From Oopsacas minuta (Eukaryota; Animalia; Porifera): 64,000 bases of DNA. The DNA lies in the NCBI GenBank assembly GCA_024704765.1, contig JAKMXF010000324.1, positions 62,001 to 126,000 on the forward strand, given 5' to 3'. Of this stretch, positions 11,384-22,010 are shown in pieces (position 1 is the stretch's first letter; each line of letters starts with the position of its first letter). A model generated the notes under the pieces. It was not told the DNA's origin, ran no database searches, and saw only the letters and a program-made list of their open reading frames with translations. The position numbers and the translations under genes are program-made.

Positions 11384-13136
11384 ATGAAACTTACCCACAG
11401 GTGGTAAGAACAGAATAGGTTTCACGGTTAAGCTACAACTACCTCTAGAGGATGGTAACGGTTGTCCCTTATACGCAGATGTTACCGTTGAAGGAAAGAA
11501 GAGAGATGCGATTAGAGCTTGTGCATTAGAAGCTTGTAGGTATGTATTATGGCAGTACAAAGAACTGAATAAGGGCGGGAAATTTCGAATAGCGGGCGCT
11601 TAAGAGTATCAGGTCAGCATTCAGCCATGAAGGACACAAAGTGTCGAACTTGAGACTCAAATTTGTATAGGATCAATATGTTACCGTCCTCGCCTATTAT
11701 CATGCAGGGGCTTATAGGAAATGAATAATCAGTATAATCCAAAAAGTTCTTGCCTCTTTTGGATTATACTTATCGTTCATTTCCTATAGAATGTTAGATA
11801 CTAGTGGTATATTAAGAGAGACACGGTATGTATCTTCGAGGAAAAGAAAATCAGCTGTCCGAGCTGAGAACGATTACTATTCCAGTGATGAGGATAGCTT
11901 TTTGGATCGGACCGGGGATCTGGAAAATAAAAGGGAGAAAAGACTATTGAAATCTAGGAAAACTTCTGGAGAGATTGGTGGGTGTTTATTACTAACTTAA
12001 TAATATTTTTCCCGAATTTCCTGGATTTTCAAATTTCTCATGGATTTCCAATTAAATGCAAATAATATGAATTTTTCCCCCTTGATAGCTGGCAAATATA
12101 AATTTATAATATTAATGGAGCGATCTTTGCGCTATAGGGAATATTGAAGAGATTCAAAATGAGGGAAATAAATTTGAAATTTTTCGAGGTTTATGCCTAT
12201 TTACATAAAACTTCTGTATTTATTTATTTATCATAATAAAGTCAACCAATCTATTTTGTGAGATTTTAAAATAAGTTCAAAGTGTAAATTGATTGGTTGA
12301 ATTATATTTGTGTACAGTCAAACCTGTCTAACAGCCACCTCTGTATAACGGTCACCAAAAAAACAGTCCCCTCCGATTTCCCATTATAATGACCTCTATA
12401 TAGCGGCCACTTTTGACTAGTCTCTTCAGTGGCCATTAAAGACAAGTCTGAGTGTAATTATTTTTAGAAAATTACTCTTCTTTACATACAAAATTACTTG
12501 CAATTCAATCTGAGATAAATGAGATGGAATTTCTTATACAAAACACTGAAGCTAAAAATACACAAAAAGCTAGCGAAAATCAAGATTTAGAAGAGTTTAT
12601 GAAAGAATTAAATTCTAAAAACAATACGAAATCAGTTTCAAAGTTAAAATATAAATTATCTCAATTACGAAGTGAAGAGGGTCGAATTTCAAAACTTGAA
12701 TCAATCGCTAAACCAGTGGAGATACTTGGAAAACCAATTTCTGTGATAGAACCATCCCCAAATATTGATGGATACGGTCTCAAATTACCACCTGATAATC
12801 GTAAACAAGAATATTTAAAGAAAACAACAGTTATTGTTGTTGACCCTGAAACACAAACAAGTGAAAATTCTGAAAATCAGATTATTGAAAAAAAGAAAGT
12901 GTATTCTGTCGAACTTCCTCCTCATCTCAAAGGTAAAAATCATAACATCTAACCTCAAATTTCCATGTATATAAATTACATATTTAGGTACATTTACAAC
13001 TGAAACTGACACACAACAACAACAACAACAACATAATGAAGATGTTTGGGAAGAAGCAGAGTACATAGATTGGTTACCACCCTCTAATCAATCAGGAGAT
13101 GGAACTTCGAAGCTTAATGATGAATTCGGGTATTAA
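1376..13136 (+). CDS. SLC4A1AP: Kanadaptin (FHA + dsRBD-like), 8 exons, about 555 aa
   Basis: Phase-consistent GT-AG exons 1376-1566, 7819-7979, 10882-11133, 11200-11322, 11401-11539, 11790-11977, 12468-12932, 12988-13136 (1668 nt). FHA motifs GRNECCD, HPSISRQHA, DLGSTHG. Family motifs YYSSDEDSFLDRTG and WLPPSNQSGDGTSKLNDEFGY*. Confidence 0.92.
1934..7484 (-). CDS. LRRK/Roco-like protein ANK-LRR-(degenerate Roc)-COR-(pseudo)kinase-WD40, about 1652 aa, nested in kanadaptin intron 1
   Basis: 1539-aa ORF with LRRs (LxxLxLSxNxL), COR-like region, kinase fold (APE motif, DMFSFG) and beta-propeller-like tail. Exons 7484-7196, 6658-6612 and 6556-1934 join in phase (4959 nt) and add the ankyrin ORF (GGTILHLAAELG). 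Confidence 0.85.
8301..10087 (-). CDS. DED-like + paracaspase-like + caspase-like pseudoprotease, interrupted by a 1-nt frameshift near 8716; nested in kanadaptin intron 2
   Basis: The 470-aa ORF and the 109-aa ORF lie in adjacent overlapping frames. Manual alignment to the MALT1 fold (SFVFGK, IICGFA, GNFILPIDS, YIILLTLP) and the caspase fold (GRGLICMLS, PTVFIIQDY). Likely ATG at 10087 (MASK). Confidence 0.6.
11349..11383. repeat. (GTT)n microsatellite, intronic
   Basis: Perfect GTT run in kanadaptin intron 4. Similar runs at 36002-36034 and about 42068-42084 in aGPCR introns. Confidence 0.95.
12313..12456. mobile_element. Tigger/pogo-like MITE in kanadaptin intron 6
   Basis: tacagtcaaacctgtct...agacaagtctgagtgta imperfect TIR with TA flanks. 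Confidence 0.65.
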
Positions 13137-13353
13137 AGCTTCTGAAAATGTATAGAATTTTATTCAACAAACTGTGAATATTTTTGCTGTATTAAAAAGC
13201 CCATTAAAATTGAATACACAAGGTGTTGAAATTCATATAAATATGAGCTATTGCTCTTTGTGTTCAGAACATTATTTCAAAGTGTTAAACAACAAAAATT
13301 TAATTACCTCTTAAAAATACGAATATTCTAACAAACAACAAACAAATATTTGC

Positions 13354-14667
13354 TCAAACACACTCATTATAAGATACACTAATTGAGTTAGACGAGAGGT
13401 GACGATTAATATGTTTTGTTCGTAGAAAAGATTTGCTAAAACTGGCGCCACAAACTTTACATTCAAAGGGTGAATCATTCGATTTGTCATTTAACTTTTC
13501 CCGCAAATTTCCATTTTTTTGACTCGCAAATATTGTATTTTCGTTATAGTGATTACTCATATGTCTCTGTAGCAACCCATTCGTTGGAAAGGAATTTTCA
13601 CAGATTTGGCATTTATAATTCATTTCACCACAGTGATCTTTCTGGTGTGATTTGAGCATTGAACTCCTTTGGAATTTCATCGAACAGAACTCACAGTTAT
13701 ATGGCTTTTCTCCCGTATGGGTACGGATATGGTCTTTGAAATTGGCACGTCGTGCGAATTTCGCATAACAGAATTTACAAACGTGTGGCTTTTCCTTCAC
13801 ATGGACTTGCTGGTGTTGTTTAAGGCAATGCGAATAGAAAAATCCTTTACCACAGATATTGCAGATAAAAGCCCGTTCATTTGTATGATGTTGTAAATGA
13901 CGAATTAAATGTGTTTTGCTTGGATAAACACATTGACATATTGGGCATCGAGAAAAACTTCCTTTCAGGTGTATATTCAGATGGGTATGTAGTGATCTGT
14001 AAGTTCCAAATCTCCGTGGACAATCTGGACAAACGATATCTCCCTTTTTACTCGTGCTAGAGTCTAAATAAGGTCTAACATTATCGCCAAGAGTGTGAAG
14101 TACATCTTCAAGATTGAGTCTGGTGTATGGCTTTTTCAATTTTTTGGATGGTCGTTTAGTGAATGTTCTTTTTGGAGAAGTTTTGCGTGATCGAATTCTG
14201 TCATTTTCTGGTTTATAATCTGAATCGTCACTCGAATCGTAACTTTCCTCAGAAATACCTGAATTCGAAATCAAATCAATATACATTACATTATTTTCGT
14301 AATTCTCGTTGCTATCTTCTTGAAAAGTAGAATCTGGATCTTTTGAAAAATCAAATATTTGTTCTGGTTCTCCCGAAATTTTATTTCCACAATCTCTGAG
14401 ATCGTTTTCACGTTTTTTGGTTGGAAATGGCCGATACCACGCATCCTCGATTGGTTCCACTCGCCCCTCATTCACCGCTTCGATTTCGTCATCAAAAAAT
14501 GCGCCAGATTTAAAATTCCTTGGAAAATATTCACTTGCAATTTCAAACTCACTTTTCACACTATAAAAATCCCCGCGTGAATTTGTATGCAAATTTTGTA
14601 GCAAAAGAGGTTGATAATATTTTGCTTCATTGACCCTGTGATCTGTCCAATTGTCCATATAATCCAT
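13354..14667 (-). CDS. C2H2 zinc-finger protein with 7 fingers and an acidic N-terminal half
   Basis: Seven CxxC-x12-HxxxH motifs with a canonical HTGEKPY linker. Start at 14667 (MDYMDNW) or 14730. Confidence 0.9.
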   Translation of the reverse strand: MDYMDNWTDHRVNEAKYYQPLLLQNLHTNSRGDFYSVKSEFEIASEYFPRNFKSGAFFDDEIEAVNEGRVEPIEDAWYRPFPTKKRENDLRDCGNKISGEPEQIFDFSKDPDSTFQEDSNENYENNVMYIDLISNSGISEESYDSSDDSDYKPENDRIRSRKTSPKRTFTKRPSKKLKKPYTRLNLEDVLHTLGDNVRPYLDSSTSKKGDIVCPDCPRRFGTYRSLHTHLNIHLKGSFSRCPICQCVYPSKTHLIRHLQHHTNERAFICNICGKGFFYSHCLKQHQQVHVKEKPHVCKFCYAKFARRANFKDHIRTHTGEKPYNCEFCSMKFQRSSMLKSHQKDHCGEMNYKCQICENSFPTNGLLQRHMSNHYNENTIFASQKNGNLREKLNDKSNDSPFECKVCGASFSKSFLRTKHINRHLSSNSISVSYNECV

Positions 14668-15176
14668 ATTGGAACTAATTAGTGAATAATGGTTCAGCTT
14701 ATATACCTGCAAACTGCCTACTCTACACATCTACAACTCTCTAGACATTCTTTGGTCACGTGTGTAATACTAGACTATATTAATTAATCATCCAGTTGAT
14801 GATAATGTATAGTTTGTCATAGCCCCACAGTTTGGATATTGCATTTTCTTAAACCTTACACCCTTGGGGACAGACATTCTTATCTATTTAATATTTAGAT
14901 GTTGTAATGGGAATTTTATTATAACAATTTGGCTGATTACACTATTATTAGAATTACTGACATGAATACTTGCCAAACTGAGTGAAGAAAAAGCAAGAAT
15001 TTGAAAAAGGAAATATTTGAAAATCTAGGATTTTGTAGAAAATATCCATAAAACAGTTAAGTAAGCTAAAATACAGTTTCGTAGCCTTCTACGGACACAG
15101 TGTCCGCAAGGCGCCCAAAGCTAGTCAGCGAAGGGTACCTGTTATAATATTATGAGATAATATTTATGCACAAATA

Positions 15177-16097
15177 TTATTTTCGAAGAGGCTTAAATGT
15201 ATGCGATACATATCTACGATGAGGCTTAATTGTATGCGGTACATATCTAGGTGAAATGGGACTTGAATTAGTATCCTCCGTAGTTTCGATACAGCTACTC
15301 TCAGCGTAGCTTATGGTGGAAATTGGCATTACATTCTCCGTAGTTTCGATACAGCTACTCTCAGCGTAGCTTATGGTGGAAATTGGCATTACATTCTCCG
15401 TAGTTTCGTTACAGCTACTCTCAGCGTAGCTTATGGTGGAAATTGGCATTACATTCTCCGTAGTTTCGTTACAGCTACTCTCAGCGTAGCTTATGGTGGA
15501 AATTGGCATTACATTCTCCGTAGTTTCGTTACAGCTACTCTCAGCGTAGCTTATGGTGGAAATTGGCATTACATTCTCCGTAGTTTCGTTACAGCTACTC
15601 TCAGCGTAGCTTATGGTGGAAATTGGCATTACATTCTCCGTAGTTTCGTTACAGCTACTCTCAGCGTAGCTTATGGGGAAAATTGGATAAACTCTTACAG
15701 CCTTCCGAGTTTCGATACAGTGCCTCACTAATTGTATGTGACTAACACATTTTTCAAATTCAACATAATTCGATGAATATTCTAACTCTGGTACAGGGTC
15801 TAATTTTGCTTTTTCTGCCTTCAATTTATTTATTTCTTCATCCCATACTTTCAACCCGATCTGCTTCCTATCAGCCAGCGAATTCTGTGTCATTATCTGC
15901 TCTGTGGCTTTTTTAGTATCCTCAAGCTGTCTGAGTGACTCTTTTATTTCTTTGTGTTTTTGTTCTAACTCTTTCATTTTTCTAACTTCTTCCAGTAATT
16001 CTCTTCTTTTCCTCTGCAAAATCTTGACGAAATCATTGAAACTTGTTTCTATCTCTAGTGCGAGTTCACTATACTTGTCAGTAATTTTAGTAGCCAT
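15177..16097 (-). CDS. Coiled-coil protein (TRIM/NHL-family-like N-terminus) with about 7 x 20-aa tandem repeats
   Basis: 306-aa intronless ORF. Heptad-rich first 120 aa, then repeats of ISYAESSCNETTENVMPIST. Confidence 0.65.
   Translation of the reverse strand: MATKITDKYSELALEIETSFNDFVKILQRKRRELLEEVRKMKELEQKHKEIKESLRQLEDTKKATEQIMTQNSLADRKQIGLKVWDEEINKLKAEKAKLDPVPELEYSSNYVEFEKCVSHIQLVRHCIETRKAVRVYPIFPISYAESSCNETTENVMPISTISYAESSCNETTENVMPISTISYAESSCNETTENVMPISTISYAESSCNETTENVMPISTISYAESSCNETTENVMPISTISYAESSCIETTENVMPISTISYAESSCIETTEDTNSSPISPRYVPHTIKPHRRYVSHTFKPLRK
15276..15690 (-). repeat. Coding 60-bp minisatellite, about 7 near-identical copies
   Basis: Lines 15301-15660 are six full 60-nt units differing at one site (gat/gtt), with partial units on both sides. 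Confidence 0.97.
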
Positions 16098-16446
16098 TAC
16101 TCAAAGTTATTCGACATTATTAATATCTTAAGTTTCAAACTATTTATAATGTATCTATGTGACTAATAACTTTAGATAAAGTTCTTCGAGGTAATTATAG
16201 AATTTTCTAGAATTCTTACGCTTTACCACAATATTAGTGTTTTATATAATTTACTAATTCTTTGAACATGTTTCTCCAAAAATAAACTATTTTGGCGGTT
16301 CTTTAGCCGAAAATATGTTTCAAATTTGAAATATCTAACTAGAAATATTTTTCAATTTACTATACATACTATTTGCATATTTTTGCAGAATCTACATAAT
16401 CTGATTGGGTAAATCTATCCAATAGAAAGAGCGCCAATACATAGGC

Positions 16447-17197
16447 CTAGATAATATGCGGATTTATCGCTTCTATATTTTTATCGAAGAATTGGTCCGT
16501 AATTGTCACTCTTGGCGGGTCCCATTTAGGTCGATCTTCGGTTTCCTCGCGCGGTTTTCTTCTTATGAGATTGAGCGGGTTTCCACCTAATGCTTTAACT
16601 ATCAAGTTATTTCCTAATTCCTTTTCAGCTTGTATCACTTTTGATTCTATTTCTGTCATATTATCTTGCACAATCTGTAAGAATTTCTCCATTTGGTCGA
16701 TTTGATTGAAAAGTGATTCTAGTTTGTGTGTGTTTTCTTTTAGTTTTGTAAGACTTTCTGAATGACTTTCTCTGACCCCTTTTATGATCTCAAATTGGTT
16801 CTTGACCTCATCCAGACGGCCTACATATGGAAAATATGTTATTTGCCCTCACCCAAAAAATTTTTTCAAATTCGAGAAATTTAATGAACAAACCCACCAA
16901 TTTGATTAATAATATCCACATAACTATGTTATTAATTGGTTGTCAGGGTATTCCAATGCAATTCTTACCTAAAATTGTGTCTAGTTGTCCGTCTAATGCT
17001 TTCGTCTCCTCAGAAGTATTAACTCTCAAATATCGCGTGTATTGTCTTGCTATATGTGGCAGTGCTGCCTGAACGTCAGCTGTTGACGGATGGTCCGCTC
17101 CACTCACAGGCTCCGAAGGGGTAATTGGACTCCCCAAATCGAAATCTGGTCGAATATCTGATTTTGTTTCAATTGTAAGAGGTGGTTTATTCTCCAT
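16447..17197 (-). CDS. BLOC1S4: BLOC-1 subunit 4 (cappuccino), 2 exons, 200 aa
   Basis: Exons 17197-16969 and 16820-16447 join in phase (603 nt). ALDGQLDTILGRLDEV...IDQMEKFLQIV...KVIQAEKELG resembles cappuccino. Confidence 0.75.
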
Positions 17198-17408
17198 TTG
17201 CTATTGTGGATAATGAATCTAGGATAGAGAGCTATGCATAACTTCATATGAAAATAATATATCAGGTTTCTATCAAGTAACACTATTGGTGTCTTACTAT
17301 TAATCACTAAGGTGATATATATAATAATTGTTCGATTATCAAATTGTGATTTGAAGTATGCAAAAAGATATTAGTCAATTGTTATAATGCCAAAAAACCA
17401 GCTGTTGT

Positions 17409-18155
17409 CTAAGAATCATGCAAAATATCTCCATTACTATCAATAAACTCATTTTCAGCTTCCGAATTCCTGAACATAACATCAGTACGTATAATATATT
17501 TCTTGCCCTTTGTCACTTTCTCTCCTTCATGTTGGCACCTCCCATCATCTTGAAAGAACACCGTGCACAGACCTGCTTTTGGTACCACAGAATACACTCC
17601 CTCTTTTCGAAAGAAATTCGTGCATCCACCTTCAAATTCATCTTTCGAATTAAGGTATACCAAGAGAGTAAGGAAGCTTACCTCTCCTGTTTTGGAGTTT
17701 TGATATCCGCCATCAACATGTTTCCCAAAATAGTGGCCTTTGCCGCCAATATACCGACACAGTCTAAATCGAGGGTTAATTCCACACGGCGACCAACTCA
17801 CCCCCATGGACTTTACCTTCAAATCTGAAACGTGTGTACGTATCCTCTCCCACATAAGTTTTGCCATTCCTTCGTCATCAACTAATATTCGATCATTCTT
17901 TCTGTTTGCGTATAAGAAACAATATTGTTCCGCTGTTTGGAAACCAATTTTCTCGGCTAGCTCTATCATCTTTTCGCATTCCTCTTTGAGCAAAAAATCC
18001 TCCAAAACCCAACCTGCATTGTTGATAAATTCCTCTGATTTCAATTCAAACTTTTCCCCGAACTTGAGCGCGTTTTTATCGGTTATATCCTTGAATAGAT
18101 CAATACTTGGAGGGCAAATAGATTCTTGGTGTAGGTAAGTTGCATATCCAGCCAT
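17409..18155 (-). CDS. 2OG-Fe(II) oxygenase, prolyl-4-hydroxylase-like catalytic domain, intronless
   Basis: HxD (KHVDG), TLLVYLN, EGGCTNF, distal His (HEG) and KYIIRTD. First ATG is at 18155; the ORF-track start at 18221 is GTG. Confidence 0.88.
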   Translation of the reverse strand: MAGYATYLHQESICPPSIDLFKDITDKNALKFGEKFELKSEEFINNAGWVLEDFLLKEECEKMIELAEKIGFQTAEQYCFLYANRKNDRILVDDEGMAKLMWERIRTHVSDLKVKSMGVSWSPCGINPRFRLCRYIGGKGHYFGKHVDGGYQNSKTGEVSFLTLLVYLNSKDEFEGGCTNFFRKEGVYSVVPKAGLCTVFFQDDGRCQHEGEKVTKGKKYIIRTDVMFRNSEAENEFIDSNGDILHDS

Positions 18156-18221
18156 TGATCGAATGAATCCTATACCGACACACTGTACATATTTATAGAA
18201 TGTGGCATTACATGGTTCCAC

Positions 18222-18537
18222 AATGGATTATACACTTTACATTCGAGAGCTAAAAATAGATTTTATCAGATGTATATATGTTCATCGTAACTCAAGTTAT
18301 AAAGAAGTCTGAAATTGTACAAGCATGTTCCCTAATTGGTCTCTAACATCAGTTATACCGAACTCCGCATATATCGAAGCAAATAGCGCTGCCCTTTGAG
18401 CTTCGATGTACCCGGGAGTTGAAATTATTGCAATTTTTTGGAAAATATATGCCATTTTTCCTCTTCATTACTTCAAATAATTCAAAATGTAAATGTATTT
18501 CTAGCATTTGAAATTACTCTACAATCACTAACACATA
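18222..18537. promoter_or_regulatory. Probable bidirectional promoter between the 2OG oxygenase and DDX21
   Basis: Divergent starts at 18155 and 18538, under 400 bp apart. Inferred from gene geometry only. Confidence 0.4.
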
Positions 18538-21328
18538 ATGGCAACAAGCAGTAACCTAACAAATGGAAACCATATTGAGAATGGCATAGATGAAAAACCA
18601 TCCAGTTTCAAATTTCATAACATCTCAAAATCGACACGAAAACTTCTGAAAGAAAATGGTTACAAGGAACTATTCCCTGTCCAATATGAGACTTATAGGT
18701 CTATATTCGAAGGGAGGGACACTCTGGTACAAGCTAGGACAGGGACAGGGAAAACTTTAGCATTCGTACTTCCACTAATCGAAAAATTACGTGCCAAGGA
18801 TTTTGAAAAATCTCGTAAGCCTATTATCATTGTTTTGGCGCCAACACGTGAATTGGTCATGCAAATTACGCGGGATTTCAAGATGATGACGGAGGAATTG
18901 AGGGTTGTGGCTGTGTACGGAGGTGTACCATACCAGAACCAAATTTCTGATATTGAAAGAGGCTCGCATGTTATAGTAGGTAAGTTCGTATTTTAACACC
19001 TTTCATTTTAGGCACGTAAGTTAACATTCCTACAAATAAACTGATGGACCAAAAGGTGTGAATATTTTCTACCCCATAAGTTCCAATTTGTAGGTGCGCC
19101 AGGTAGAGTTTTGGATCTAACAAAGTCTTTCCATCTGGAGTTATCAGGAGTAGAACATGTTATTCTAGATGAGGCAGATCAACTTCTGGAGAGAGGATTT
19201 ACTGAAGACATTGAGAAGATATTATCATATACTAATCTGAAAATGGAACTAAATAAAACTCAGTTCCTAATGTTCAGTGCTACTCTGCCATCTTGGGTCG
19301 AAACAATGGCTGAACAGTTAGTTGCATAAGTAATCATAAACCACCTATTTTCCTGGTATTTATCGACCCATTAACTGCAATAGGTCCTGTCGCACCCCTG
19401 CTGTCGTCTGTGGACCCCAGGGTTGGGAACCGCTGTGTTATTGCCTCATTTTCCAAGGTACATGTCAAGGGACCATATACGCGTGGATCTTATTGGCTCA
19501 GAGAGAGTAAAGACATCCACAACAGTAGATCATAAAGCTATAAGATGTCCGTACACAGAGAGGCATTCCACTATAGGAGATGTTATACAGGTTTATTCTA
19601 GCAGTAGAGACAGCAGAGTTATGGTATTTTGTCCTACTAAGGTTGAGGCTAATGAGCTAGCTCTGAGCTCTTGTATTAAGATATCTTCTCAGGTAATTTA
19701 TAGTACACGTATATTCAGCCCGCCCAAAACATCTTGATCCCGCATAAATGTATTGATTTGCCCGCTTAAATATACTGATCCCGCGCAATTTCATTGATTT
19801 GCGCGCCAAAAATATTCAATTCGGCCTTTTTCTAAATCGATCATCCGCCAAGGCAAACCTTCAACATTCAAACATTCCATTCTAGTTGTTACACGGAGAC
19901 ATACCCCAGAAACAACGTGAGGTAACCTTAGAAGGATTCCGTAGAGGTGCTTTCCAATGTTTAGTTACTACAGATGTAGCTGCTAGAGGTCTAGACATTC
20001 CTGAGGTAGATTTGGTTGTCCAGTGTGAACCACCTAAAGACATACACGCCTACATACACCGTGCTGGACGTACGGGTCGAGCTGGACGTCAAGGTGTCTG
20101 CATTATATTCTATAAAGCCGCCCAAGAGTTCCAACTCAAAAGGATTGAAAGTGTTGGTAAGTTGATTTACGCCATGTATCATGTTATTATTTGTATTATT
20201 AAACCATGGAAAAGATCCTATTGGGTAGAGGAGTGGTTACCAACCTGGGACCAATGAACCCCTTGGTGATCCACAGACAGCAGTCCAGGTCAAATTATGC
20301 CGAAATTATCCATGGTTTAGTAAACAAAAATTTTGAATTTCTACTATTTATACAAAATTTAATTTTCTAGCTGGAATTCATTTCAAGAAAATCGGCGCGC
20401 CTCAGCCTACAGACTTAATCAAAAGCTGCTCAAAAGAGGCGGGGAATAGTTTAAACAAAATACCAACTGACATAGTTACGAGCTTCAAGCCTTACGCTGA
20501 AGAACTCATCACTAAGGTAGGAGCTGTGGAATGTGTGGCAAGAGCTATAGCATATATTTCCGGTTACTCTCAAATGGAGACCAGATCTCTATTGTCAGGA
20601 CAGAAGGATTTCTGTGCTATACAACTTAAGGTAGTTTTCTGAAGCTAATTATTCTATAATTTCCTCCGAAATTTAGCGCCTATTTTAAGCGGGACATTCC
20701 GCTTTTTGGTACGCACGATTCATAGATTTTCCCGCAATTTTGTAATTCACATTTAGGTCGGATAATTGGTGCTTCAACTCCCGTTATGTCGACCTCAAGG
20801 GACCGTGATAATTACTTAGGTATAACCGATGGAATATAGGTTACTTTTACAGTTTGAGACCATATTTGTATAATTTAAGACTTTGATGTAAGCGGGTATT
20901 TCTATATATCCGTGTTAGATACAACGGAGGTTACTGGAATTTATACTTTCTCTGTTTTATAGATTAATACGGAAGCAAGATTTGTAGGATTCTTCTGGGG
21001 TATATTACGCAGGTATATTAATTCGGATACCATGGATAACATCAAAGGCATGAGAATGTGTGAAGACCGTTTAGGCTGCGTATTCGATGTTCCTCTGAGT
21101 GCAAAAGATAGTATACTAACTCAATTATCGGATATGAGGCATGGCGAAGTGACCGTTTTAAGTGAACTACCCTCGCTTGTTGAGATTAAGGAAAATACTG
21201 CCTCTTGGGGGAAACGTCGTCCTGATTCAAGATTTAATTCACAGGACAAAAGACCGAGAATGGAATTCAAGAATAATAGAGGAAGAGGTCCAAACAGATT
21301 TAGTAATAGATATTCAAAGAATTATTAG
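18538..21328 (+). CDS. DDX21: Nucleolar DEAD-box RNA helicase DDX21/DDX50 with GUCT domain, 6 exons, 598 aa
   Basis: Exons 18538-18979, 19094-19316, 19458-19692, 19886-20156, 20371-20630, 20963-21328 (1797 nt). Motifs [41 protein letters not shown]. Confidence 0.93.
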
Positions 21329-22010
21329 TTTTTCATTATTTGTAGAGCAAATATTTGATGAAAATTAGGTGAATTATAAATTTGGATAAAGAAACTTTGC
21401 CTCCTGTATGAGGATTGGAATTCATATCTATTCTTGTGGATTTGACCTCTGGACACTCCCCGGGGGTGAAGTTATTAAAGTGTCAAATAATTAGAATTTG
21501 TTAAAGGGGAAAGCTCGCTGTTAATTAACCAATCCGGACTGAGATGTGGGAACATACACCCATTATTTTTCCCGAATATTTTCGGTGTAATAGGAAAATA
21601 TCGTGATACAGAAAAATGGGTTGAATTGTTTCCACCCTCAGGGCAGTCGGTCCCATAACAGACCATTTGTCGCTGGTCTTCCATACCCTTTGTCCACCCA
21701 TTACCCAACTAGAGCTGTCCCTCACCCACTGAGGAAGAGCTTAAAATGAAAATAAACAGACTCACTCTAAATTAATATATAATTAGCATACACAGAAATC
21801 TCATGCAATTACCATGAATCTACTAATACACTATTTTGATAGTAGAGATTGATTATAACTGAATAGCTATTGATACTAATGGTAACTATGTGTAAAAATG
21901 TATGTAACATATATGTCAGTGTATAAAAATAACTGAACGGAGCTGTAATTTCAAGTCGATGACTTCTGTACTTCTTTATTACGCTAGATATTCTCCCTCT
22001 CCCTCTACAC

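Noticed and set aside
11193-13066. Poly-Leu, poly-Asn and poly-Cys ORF tails
   Set aside because: Translations of GTT/CAA microsatellites in an intron or on the antisense strand. Only the short poly-Gln in kanadaptin exon 8 is in a supported frame.
15276-15690. 60-bp repeat array as a CRISPR locus
   Set aside because: Units are contiguous with no unique spacers, lie in frame within an ORF, and there are no cas genes; the context is eukaryotic.
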